A stretch of 64,000 nucleotides of DNA from an uncultured Planctomycetota bacterium (GTDB taxonomy: Bacteria > Planctomycetota > Phycisphaerae > Tepidisphaerales > Tepidisphaeraceae), in NCBI GenBank assembly GCA_963841915.1, contig CAWJEN010000006.1, positions 544,001-608,000 of the forward strand. The letters run 5' to 3'. The notes under the pieces are model-generated. The model ran no database searches. It worked only from the letters and a program-made list of their open reading frames with translations, and was not told the origin of the DNA. Every line of letters starts with the position of its first letter. Position 1 is the first letter of the stretch. Below, piece by piece: positions 11,028-19,398 of this stretch. Position numbers and translations under genes: made by a program.

Positions 11028-12137
11028 TCAGGCGGTCGCAGTTTCGATGACGTCGACGAGCCGCTTTTCGGGGCGGTCCTGCCACCGTTTGCCGTGCCAG
11101 GCGTAGCCGGCAACGAGCGGCATCGCAACCGTCGCCTCACTGAAGACCATTTGCTCTTCTGCCACGTCGACCTTGCCCCAGCTGCAGGCCTCCTTGAGCG
11201 TTGACGACGACAGGGCACCGTCGCGCACGTCGGCGACGGTGATCTGGACGGCGTATTTGTGCATCGTCGGCTCCTTGCCGAAAATGTCGGCCGCGACGGC
11301 GATGTCCTGGGCGTAGTTCTTGGGCACGCCTCCGCCGATCATGAAGAGGCCGGTCGAGGGGTTCTTGTCCTTGACGAGGCACAGCTCGTAGAAGTCGCGG
11401 ACGGCGTCGAGGGTGAACATGGAGCTTTCGCCCGCTTTCATGCGACGCATCTGGTGCTGGATCATGCCGAAGCCGGCCGAGCAGTCGGCACCGGCGGGCA
11501 GGAAGATCGGCACGCCTCTCTTGTAGGCGGTGTGGACGATCGATCGGCCGTCGCCCTTGACGCCGACCTTGTCGAGGTGTTTGCCGAGTTCGCCGAGGTA
11601 TTCGCGTGAGGAGTAGGGGCGTGGCTCGAGTTCGTCGCAGATCTCGCCGCACAGGTCGTCGCAGACGCGGAGTTCTTCCTCGTCGATGAAGGTGTCGTAG
11701 ATGCGGTCGATCATCAGCTCTCGGAGCTGGTCGTCCCAGACGCCCGACTTGTAGCGATCGTCGGCGACGTAGTGCTTGAAGCCGAGGGCCTCGAAGAAGT
11801 CCTGGTCGACGATGTTGGCGCCGGTCGAGACGATGGCATCGACCATGTTGGCCTCGAGCAGGTCGACGATGACGTGCTTCATTCCGGCCGAGATGAGGCT
11901 GCCGGCGAGCGTGAGGATGCAGGCGCACTCCGCGTCGCCGGTCATGTCATCGAGGATGCGTGCGGCCCGGGCAAGGTCACGGCCGCTGAAGGCGGTGTCG
12001 GCCATCTGGTCGACGACGGGCCGGATGTCGACCGTCTTCATGTCGAAGTGCTTGATCGGCCGGGCGAGCAGCTCCGAGCGTGGCGGCAGGGGGGACGGCG
12101 GACCAAAATCGGCGGCGGTTTCTTTGACGCGGGACAT
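11028..12137 (-). CDS. Deoxyhypusine synthase-like protein (polyamine aminobutyl transfer)
   Basis: AIVSTGANIVDQD, IDRIYDT, IGGGVPKN, DGALSSSTLKEACSWGKV. Confidence 0.9.
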   Translation of the reverse strand: MSRVKETAADFGPPSPLPPRSELLARPIKHFDMKTVDIRPVVDQMADTAFSGRDLARAARILDDMTGDAECACILTLAGSLISAGMKHVIVDLLEANMVDAIVSTGANIVDQDFFEALGFKHYVADDRYKSGVWDDQLRELMIDRIYDTFIDEEELRVCDDLCGEICDELEPRPYSSREYLGELGKHLDKVGVKGDGRSIVHTAYKRGVPIFLPAGADCSAGFGMIQHQMRRMKAGESSMFTLDAVRDFYELCLVKDKNPSTGLFMIGGGVPKNYAQDIAVAADIFGKEPTMHKYAVQITVADVRDGALSSSTLKEACSWGKVDVAEEQMVFSEATVAMPLVAGYAWHGKRWQDRPEKRLVDVIETATA

Positions 12138-12302
12138 GCGGCCGCACGATATGGCGGCCGCGGCGGCGCATGCGATCTGATACCGCAAAGGCTCGCTTCA
12201 CTGACGACCCGCCGCGTGCGGCGCATGCAGGATCAGGTTCAGTGGCGTTGCTTTCACCCGCAACGCCGACGACCCGCCAACGGAGTCGGCGGGTCGTAAA
12301 GC

Positions 12303-12318
12303 TGTTCCACGTGGAACA
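12303..12318. promoter_or_regulatory. parS-type palindrome
   Basis: TGTTCCACGTGGAACA matches the widespread ParB-binding consensus TGTTNCACGTGNAACA. Confidence 0.85.
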
Positions 12319-12375
12319 TTTCGAGGTGTCGGGAGAGCAGAAACCTTCGCCACGAACGGCAAACCGGGTCGAGAA

Positions 12376-12391
12376 TGTTCCACGTGGAACA
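12376..12391. promoter_or_regulatory. parS-type palindrome
   Basis: TGTTCCACGTGGAACA, 73 bp after the previous site. Confidence 0.85.
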
Positions 12392-12434
12392 TTTGCCCCT
12401 TGCCAAACCTCATGTGGCCGCCGCGGCGCAGCGC

Positions 12435-13424
12435 TTAAGCGAGCACGGCGACAAGTTCTTCCAGATCGCGACGTTGTGGATCGTGGGGCTCACGCTCGAG
12501 ATAGGCCGTCAGCCACCGGGCGGCTTGGCGTTGCTGACCGATGCGGGCGAGGACGAGGCCGAGATCGCGGCACAGGTGCGGCTGATCGGGCCACAGGAGC
12601 AGCTCGAGTTCGAGCATTGCGGCGACGTCTTCGTGCCGACCGTCAGCGGTGAAGGTCTGCAGGAGGTTCTGGATGAGTCGCGTGACCCAGTGGCGGTGCG
12701 TGACGGGTCGGAGCATGTCCTCGTCGAAGCCCGTCTCGGGGCCGGCACAGGCGGCGACACGTTCCATCGCATCGCGGTCGTCGAGCAGTCGGCCGCCGTC
12801 GTAGCAGTCGACCATCGTCCGGCCGCCGATGTCCAGGCCGGCGACGAAGTGGCCTGGTAGTCCAACGCCCCAGGCGTCGAGGCCGAGCCGACCGGCCACG
12901 AGCTTGTAGACCAACGCCAGCGTGATCGGCAGGCCGCGACGCGACTCCAACACGGCAGGCAGGCACGAGTTGTCCAGGTGGTAGTAATCTCCGGGATTAC
13001 CACGGAAACCGGCGACATCGAAGAGCGCCCGGTGAACGTGGGCGGCGACGGCCTGCGGGTTGATGGCGGCACGCTTGCGGGTGGCGTCGATCCCGCCGAA
13101 CGGCTCGGCGGCGTCGCGGCAAAGGGTTGCGAGCATCTCTTCGGATGAGGCGATGTCGGCACCAGGTCGAAGGTGCAGCGCGACGGCGTTCATGGCGGCG
13201 AGCAAGCCGTCGTCGCTGTCGAGCGGGCGACGGTCCTTGTCACCGCCGCACGCTTGGGCGGCCATGAGGTCGAAGGCGTCGGGCGCGCAGCACGTGGGTG
13301 CGAAAGGCGCGTTGGACTTGGAGCGGGCGGACGACTTGCGACGCGCCGGCTTGGCCGGTTGGTCGGCGGTCGTCGAGGCAGCGGTGTCGGCAGCGGCGGT
13401 ATCGGCTGGCTTGCGGCGGGGCAT
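12435..13424 (-). CDS. SirB1 / transglutaminase-like family protein with C-terminal TPR
   Basis: GFRGNPGDYYHLDNS, RRGLPITLALVY, GVGLPGHF, CRDLGLVLA. Confidence 0.85.
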   Translation of the reverse strand: MPRRKPADTAAADTAASTTADQPAKPARRKSSARSKSNAPFAPTCCAPDAFDLMAAQACGGDKDRRPLDSDDGLLAAMNAVALHLRPGADIASSEEMLATLCRDAAEPFGGIDATRKRAAINPQAVAAHVHRALFDVAGFRGNPGDYYHLDNSCLPAVLESRRGLPITLALVYKLVAGRLGLDAWGVGLPGHFVAGLDIGGRTMVDCYDGGRLLDDRDAMERVAACAGPETGFDEDMLRPVTHRHWVTRLIQNLLQTFTADGRHEDVAAMLELELLLWPDQPHLCRDLGLVLARIGQQRQAARWLTAYLEREPHDPQRRDLEELVAVLA

Positions 13425-13566
13425 AAGCGGCGGTCGTTTGGGCGGGCGGCCGGCCACACACATGGCCGTCTCCACACGCCATCGGCGTTTGGGCCGTCGT
13501 GCCTGCAGCACGACCGATAGCTGCGCTTGATTCGCCCGAAGAGGCCGCTAGCCTTGCCACCGCGAA

Positions 13567-13638
13567 TCGGCAGTAGCTCAGCGGTAGAGCAGTCGGCTGT
13601 TAACCGACCGGTCGAAGGTTCGAATCCTTCCTGCCGAG
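13567..13638 (+). tRNA. tRNA-Asn(GTT); CCA not encoded
   Basis: Cloverleaf: acceptor TCGGCAG/CTGCCGA, D-arm GCTC/GAGC, anticodon stem GTCGG/CCGAC with loop CT-GTT-AA, T-arm GAAGG-TTCGAAT-CCTTC. Confidence 0.97.
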
Positions 13639-13642
13639 TTTC

Positions 13643-13676
13643 AGGAGCGGCAACGCGAGTTCCCCTCGCCGCTCCT
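13643..13676 (+). terminator. Hairpin downstream of tRNA-Asn
   Basis: aggagcggc...gccgctcct. Confidence 0.5.
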
Positions 13677-13706
13677 CGAACCTCTTCAAGCACCAAAACA
13701 ACGACG

Positions 13707-13722
13707 CGTTCCACGTGGAACG
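13707..13722. promoter_or_regulatory. parS-type palindrome (variant ends)
   Basis: CGTTCCACGTGGAACG inside a perfect 20-bp palindrome at 13705-13724. Confidence 0.75.
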
Positions 13723-13755
13723 CGCCGCGTCTCTCGTCTGCTTGCAGCCCCGTCG

Positions 13756-14835
13756 CTACTCCGTCTCGGTGTTGGCCTGATCCACGAGGGCGGGTATGGC
13801 CGTCGGGTCGAACCAGCGTTGCCGTGCGACGATGGTGCCGTCGGGCTTGACGACGATGGCAAAATCACCCGCCTGACCGTCGGCGATGTGCTCCAGCAAA
13901 ACATCGTCCATCGTGTCGAGTACCACCGTCACGCCCGGGCGATTCGTCGGAAGCCGCTCGCGAACCACCCGGGCGGCGGCGACGCGATCATCGGCGGAGG
14001 CGTGCTGCGGGATTGAAATATTCTCCTCTTCGTTTCGGGCAACACCGCCGTCGGGGTGGCGCTCGCGGGTGTAGACGACCACGAGGTCTGCCTGCCGATC
14101 AGTCGAATCGCGAAGTTGATCGATCAGCCAAGGCAGGTCGGCCACCCGATCGCGGAACGACGGGGCCGACCAGGACCCCAAGACAAAGATCGTCGGCCGA
14201 TGCTCGGCCAACAGGTCACCGAGCGTGACGTCGTTACCTGTTCCGGTCAGAAGCGCCATGTCGGCCGGTAGCGGCTTCATCACGCCGCCACGGAGTCGGT
14301 CGGCAAAGCGGGACGGCATGGGTGCCTCGTCCACCGACGCTGCCTTATCGCCGAAGCCACCGCTGCCACGGACGTTCTCGGGCATCTTGGCTTCGTTGCC
14401 CTCGGGCATGTTCTGCCGGCGGTTGGGGTCCCGCCTGTCGCCTTGCTTGCGGGCGGCCTGCATCTTGGCTTGCAGCGCCTTCTGCTGGTTGGGCGTCAGG
14501 ATGTCGCCCAAATCGGTGCGAAAGCGGACGAACCGCTCGCGGGCGGCCTTGGTGCGGGCTCGGCGGTCGTCGCCGTGCGTGTCGTTGATGTTCTTGAGGT
14601 CGGCCTGAAGATCCTTAACCTTGCCGCGAAGCTCGACTTGCTGGTCCTCCGTGAGGTCAAGGCCTTGCACCAGCTCGATCACTTGTCGCAGATACCTGCC
14701 GCCTTGGCCCTGAAGGTTGGAACGACGCTGCTCGGCTGCGGGCCGTGTTGCCGGTTTCGTCGTCTGGGCTGACGCGACGCTTCCGGCAACGAGCGTGGCA
14801 GCGAGGGTGAGCGGTAAAAGCAGGTTGCGTGTCAT
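13756..14835 (-). CDS. Exported protein: Spy/CpxP-like helical region plus iodothyronine-deiodinase-like thioredoxin-fold domain
   Basis: Signal peptide (..VASAQ); LDLTEDQQ and ILTPNQQ motifs; VLGSWSAPSF, VVVYTRERHP, VVLDTMDD. Confidence 0.6.
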   Translation of the reverse strand: MTRNLLLPLTLAATLVAGSVASAQTTKPATRPAAEQRRSNLQGQGGRYLRQVIELVQGLDLTEDQQVELRGKVKDLQADLKNINDTHGDDRRARTKAARERFVRFRTDLGDILTPNQQKALQAKMQAARKQGDRRDPNRRQNMPEGNEAKMPENVRGSGGFGDKAASVDEAPMPSRFADRLRGGVMKPLPADMALLTGTGNDVTLGDLLAEHRPTIFVLGSWSAPSFRDRVADLPWLIDQLRDSTDRQADLVVVYTRERHPDGGVARNEEENISIPQHASADDRVAAARVVRERLPTNRPGVTVVLDTMDDVLLEHIADGQAGDFAIVVKPDGTIVARQRWFDPTAIPALVDQANTETE

Positions 14836-14918
14836 GAGCTTGAGGAGAAGGGCCACAACGCACAACGCCGAAGCGGCACGAGCTATTGCAGTCGATCATT
14901 CTTCTGCTGGTGCCGGTC

Positions 14919-15170
14919 AAAAAAAGTGCCGCCCGGGTGGGGGAAAAACCCGGGCGGCGGTAGGCCGAGGGCGCTGGACGGAAAGGGGAAATTCCGACCA
15001 GCGAGGGGGCATCCCTCGGCCGAATCTGAACAAGATGTCTCCGCTGCACCGTCTTGAGTTCCCGCCTTCTAAAGCTGCGTCTGACTGGGGCGACACAGTA
15101 CGGAGGTAATTCGTTTACTATCGATAATTCGTTCGTGATGGCTGAAACAGGGGATCGTTTTGCCATAGCA
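14919..15170 (-). ncRNA. Candidate structured small RNA or leader with C-rich loops and an intrinsic terminator
   Basis: Minus strand: stems ggccgaggg/ccctcggcc, cgctgg/ccagcg, cggaa/ttccg; terminator gccgcccgggt/acccgggcggc followed by U7. 5' end uncertain. Confidence 0.5.
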
Positions 15171-15341
15171 GCAGCAGGTGCAGGCGCAATGCGAAGCGGC
15201 GCAGGACTTCATCCGTGGGCGACCAACGTCGGCCTGATCCGACCGCTGCGACAAAGGAATACGATCTGTATGTCAAGCGATGCCGTACGACTTGCCAACG
15301 CATCGCCACAATCGCACGCCATAACCCTGTCACAGCCTGCC

Positions 15342-16487
15342 ATGACAAACCGAGCCGCCCGATCGATTACCCGTTCCGTCCGCCGTGTAGCACTGTCTGC
15401 CTTGGCGGCGGCGGCGGTGGTCTCTGCCTTTGCTGTCGCGCCGGTCCAGGCCGAGCCTCAAGCCGTTGGTGTCAACGCCGAGCAGGACGAAAGCACCCTG
15501 TTCATCCGTTTTCGTGACCTTCGCAATGGCGGCGTCCTCGAAACCAGCATCGTCACCTACGTCAACGACGCAGGCCAGGAGGTCGACCTCATCGGTGCCG
15601 TCCATGTCGGTGACGAGGCGTATTACGATCTGCTCGACGAGCGCTTTGCCGGGTATGACGTGCTGCTGTACGAGATGGTCAAGCCCAAGAACGTCGACAT
15701 GGCCGCCCGCAACCGGGCGACGGAGGAGCCGCCATTTGCGATGAAGCTCATCGGCGGGCTGCAGAAGGGCATGCAGCTCGCGCTCGAACTCGACTTCCAA
15801 ACCGAGGAAATCAACTACTCTGCTGCTAATTTTGTCCACGCCGATCTTGACCTTGAAACATTCATGCAGCTCCAGGAGGAGCGTGGCGAAAGCTTCCTTG
15901 ACCTCATGATCAAGCAGATGGTCAACGACATCATGCGACCGGCCGAGGCCAACGGGCGGGCTCAGCCGCAGGTGTCGCTGCTGGAGATCATGGATGCAAT
16001 GAACGCGCCCGACCGTGCCCGTCGACTCAAGCTGTTGTTCGCCCGTGAGCTGTCACGCATGGACGACCTGTCGGCCGTCTTCAACTCAGGCGAAGAGGGT
16101 TCGGTCATCCTCGATGTGCGAAACGAGAAGGCGGTCGAAGTGCTCGACAGCGAGCTGGCCAGGGCCGGCATCGACGAGATCGGCATCTTTTACGGGGCCG
16201 CTCACATGAAGGGCATCGCCGAACTGCTTGAAGAGCGTGGCTTCCGCCGCCAGGGCCAGCCGGAATATCTCGTGGCTTGGGACATGACGCTCGACAACCG
16301 CGGGCGTCGCGAGATGCAGGAACTGACGCGTCAGGCCATAATCGAGAATGCGGGTGGCGCGGCAGAAGGTGGCGCGGCAGCGGCGGCGATGAAGGCCGAG
16401 CTTGACGGACTGCGTCGTGAGAACGAAGCCCTTCGCCGCCAGGTGCAAGCCCTTCGTCAGCAGCTCGAAGCTGCCGACAAAGAGTAA
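15342..16487 (+). CDS. Exported conserved protein (TraB/GumN-like) with C-terminal coiled coil
   Basis: Signal peptide ..PVQA; VDLIGAVHVGD..YY, FVHADLD, RNEKAV, IFYGAAHM. Confidence 0.65.
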   Translation: MTNRAARSITRSVRRVALSALAAAAVVSAFAVAPVQAEPQAVGVNAEQDESTLFIRFRDLRNGGVLETSIVTYVNDAGQEVDLIGAVHVGDEAYYDLLDERFAGYDVLLYEMVKPKNVDMAARNRATEEPPFAMKLIGGLQKGMQLALELDFQTEEINYSAANFVHADLDLETFMQLQEERGESFLDLMIKQMVNDIMRPAEANGRAQPQVSLLEIMDAMNAPDRARRLKLLFARELSRMDDLSAVFNSGEEGSVILDVRNEKAVEVLDSELARAGIDEIGIFYGAAHMKGIAELLEERGFRRQGQPEYLVAWDMTLDNRGRREMQELTRQAIIENAGGAAEGGAAAAAMKAELDGLRRENEALRRQVQALRQQLEAADKE

Positions 16488-16538
16488 GCGACTGACTAGG
16501 AGTAAGCGACTGACGAGCGAGGCAGGGCCGCATCTTGC

Positions 16539-17726
16539 TCATGCGGCCATGGCGACATCGTCCTCAGTCTCGCCCTCAGGATCGCCACTGAGACGGGAGC
16601 AGATGTCTTGGAGTCGCTGAATGGCAACAGCGGCTTCTGCAACGCTCATTGTCGCGTCGAGGCTTACCACCGCCTCGGCGGCGGCTTCAGTGACGGGCGT
16701 GAAGCCGAAGCTCGTCCCGCCGCCACGCAGGCTCACGCACAGGGCCCGGCACTTGGCGAGATTATCACTCGTGACGGCCGACTGCAGGTCGCTGCACAGG
16801 CTGGCTGCGTTGTTGACGAAGTCGACGACCATCGGCCTCATTTCCGCTTGACTGCTGACGGTGCTGTGAATCTTCTCTCCGTCGCTGCTTGCTCCACCTG
16901 AATTGGCGAGCCAGCCTGCGACGCTGGCGATGAGCTTCTCTGCGTCGTAGGGCTTGCTGAGGATGCCACACGCACCGGCCTCGCGAACTCTGCGAAGCGT
17001 CTCCTGGTTCGACTCGGCGGTGCAGGCGGCGACCCGCGGGACGGCTACGTCCAGGACACGCCGCACGACCTCTTCGGCCGGAACGTCTGCTTCGTCACCG
17101 GCAAGGTTCAAGTCGACGATGGCCAGCACGAACGGGTTCTTCGCCGACTGGTTGGCAAGGGCCTCGCAGGCCTCGCTGAGCTTGGAGACGCCGGTCAGTT
17201 CGATTTTGGTCCGACGCAGGTGGTGCTGCATGAGACGTCGATCAAGCTCATTGTCGTCGAGCAGGAGCACGCGGCCGCTGACCGTCTGCGGGTTGCGGGC
17301 ATCAACCTCGAGCACGTTTGCGTTCTCGGGATCGAGGTAAAGCTTGGGAAAGATGCGCCGGTCAAACTTGACGCCGACGGTGTGCCACGAGCCAGCGATG
17401 TGGTCGCAATGCTGTACCTGTCCGCGGACGGTGTCTTCGCCACCGATGTAGCGGTTGAGGGTGACGTCGCAGCGGGTTCCAACGTGCAGGTAGCCGCCGT
17501 GGATGAAGCTCAGGCCACCAGCGGAGAGGTCACGGGTCAGAACGGTGCGTTCGGTGATGGAGCCGCCGGGGTGGTGGACCAGGAGTCCGACGCCGCTACG
17601 TCGGTAGGTGATTCGGGCGCTGCGGCGACCGCTTTTGCCGTTGTCGGCAGCGTCTTTGGCATCAAGACGGTCGAGGAGTGCTTGAAGCTGCTCCTCCTGC
17701 TTGCCGTTGCCGCTTTTTGGCTGCAT
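16539..17726 (-). CDS. PilZ-REC-Hpt-like signalling protein
   Basis: PilZ motifs RRSAR and DLSAGG; REC LLLDD..IVDLNL..KPY; C-terminal Hpt-like LRGGGTSFGF. Start 17726 or 17765. Confidence 0.8.
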   Translation of the reverse strand: MQPKSGNGKQEEQLQALLDRLDAKDAADNGKSGRRSARITYRRSGVGLLVHHPGGSITERTVLTRDLSAGGLSFIHGGYLHVGTRCDVTLNRYIGGEDTVRGQVQHCDHIAGSWHTVGVKFDRRIFPKLYLDPENANVLEVDARNPQTVSGRVLLLDDNELDRRLMQHHLRRTKIELTGVSKLSEACEALANQSAKNPFVLAIVDLNLAGDEADVPAEEVVRRVLDVAVPRVAACTAESNQETLRRVREAGACGILSKPYDAEKLIASVAGWLANSGGASSDGEKIHSTVSSQAEMRPMVVDFVNNAASLCSDLQSAVTSDNLAKCRALCVSLRGGGTSFGFTPVTEAAAEAVVSLDATMSVAEAAVAIQRLQDICSRLSGDPEGETEDDVAMAA

Positions 17727-18063
17727 GACGGCCTTGCCTGGCTGCTTGAGCGATCGCGATTGCATGATGAGGCGTTGGGTGACGTCGTCAGGTGTGGTGT
17801 TGCTGGTGGACGAAGGCGTCGTGCCTGCATCGCAGCCGGTGTTGGAACCCCCGCCCACGCCTACTTTGTCGACCGACTCAAGGGGACGGTTTAAGAGGTC
17901 TGACAGAAGATCGGCCCGATGAGCACGGAGCCCCTGCCGCATGTGGCTGCGAGCGCAGCTATGGAGGAACGATCATCGACGGGTTTAAGCTGCAGGCACG
18001 TTCAGGCCGACGCGTAGGTTCCTGCTCCGCTCGTTCAGGTCGCTCTCACCGCCTTTAGATGTC

Positions 18064-19329
18064 ATGACGCTCGCAGACCCTGCTTCGCCTACTTCTGTCA
18101 GTGTCCCGCAACAGCTGCCGTCGGTGCCGGCGGTGGCGGTGTTGGTGCCCGAGTTCCCGTCGCAGACGCACGTCTTCTTCTGGCGTGAGATTCTGGGCTG
18201 GCGGGGTGCGGGGGCGACGGTGGACCTGCTCAGCACGCGTCGTCCGCCCGACGACGCCTGCCGCCACGAGTTTGCCGACGAGGCTCGTCGGCAGACGCAC
18301 TATCTGTGGCCACCTGCCAAGCGCGACGTCTTTGCCGGGCTTCTCGTGTCGCCCAAGCGTTGGAAGCTCGGGCTGAAATATGTCGCCTCGCTGTCAGAAT
18401 CGTCTTTGAAGGGCCGCCTGAAGGTAAGTTTTTTGCTCGCCTCGGCGGCCGACCTGGTCGCTTGGGCTCGCAATCGCAACGTCCGGCATGTCCATTGTCA
18501 CAGCTTCGCCGATGCCGCCCATGTCTGCCGCATCGCCCGGTTGTTCGGCGGGCCGACCTACTCGCTGACACTTCACGGCGACCTGCCGGTCTACGGCACC
18601 GATCATAAGAAGAAGATTGCCGAATGCTCCGCCGTCGGATGCGACGGGCCGCACCTCGTCGAGCAGCTTGTCGGGCTCGGCTACCCGAAGGAGCGGGTGC
18701 TTCCAAACTGGATGGGCGTCAACACAGACGACTTCCAGCCGACTCCGCCCGATCCCACGCCTAAGCGACTCCGGCTGATCACGGTGGCCCGACTTGGCCC
18801 GAGCAAGGGCCACCGTTATGCCGTGCAGGCGGTCGGCAAGCTGGTGAGCGAGGGTCACGACATCACGTACAGCCTCGTCGGTGAGGGCGAGGAGCGGAAC
18901 AGCATCCGTGAAGAAGCCAAGGCCGCCGGTGTGGCCGACCGGGTGCACTTCTTCGGCACGTTGGGCGAAGGTGACGTGCGACGGCAGCTAGTCGAGCACG
19001 ACGCTTTCGTCCTGCCGAGCGTCGGACTCGGCGAGGCGGGGCCGATCAGCGTCATGGAAGCCATGGCCTGCGGATTACCGGTCGTTGCCAGCAAGATTGG
19101 AGCGACGACAACCATGATCCAAGATGGCAACACCGGCTTTCTCTGTGATCAGCAGGACGTCGACGGGCTGGCAGCTGCGCTCGGACAACTGTCGAGTGAC
19201 CCGGCGGTCCGGCAGCGTCTGGGTGAGGCGGCTCGGCGTCACGCGGTCGAGCACTTCGACAGCCGCCAAACGAGCCTTCGTCTGTTTGAGCACATCCGCC
19301 GCTGGACGCCTGAGACTTTCAAGATGTAG
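18064..19329 (+). CDS. Glycosyltransferase family 4 (exopolysaccharide type)
   Basis: EFPSQTHVFFWREI, HVHCHS, TVARLGPSKG, EAGPISVMEAMACG. Confidence 0.9.
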   Translation: MTLADPASPTSVSVPQQLPSVPAVAVLVPEFPSQTHVFFWREILGWRGAGATVDLLSTRRPPDDACRHEFADEARRQTHYLWPPAKRDVFAGLLVSPKRWKLGLKYVASLSESSLKGRLKVSFLLASAADLVAWARNRNVRHVHCHSFADAAHVCRIARLFGGPTYSLTLHGDLPVYGTDHKKKIAECSAVGCDGPHLVEQLVGLGYPKERVLPNWMGVNTDDFQPTPPDPTPKRLRLITVARLGPSKGHRYAVQAVGKLVSEGHDITYSLVGEGEERNSIREEAKAAGVADRVHFFGTLGEGDVRRQLVEHDAFVLPSVGLGEAGPISVMEAMACGLPVVASKIGATTTMIQDGNTGFLCDQQDVDGLAAALGQLSSDPAVRQRLGEAARRHAVEHFDSRQTSLRLFEHIRRWTPETFKM

Positions 19330-19398
19330 ATGCGACTTGACATTTAGCTGACGCATCGAGCTTCATCGACGCCTGCTGGCACCCGATGCACGGGTGTT

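Noticed and set aside
13567..13760. Genomic island integrated at tRNA-Asn
   Set aside because: No integrase, att duplication or evident compositional shift.
14150..14185. Selenocysteine recoding in the deiodinase-like gene
   Set aside because: The catalytic-position codon is GCC (Ala), not TGA.
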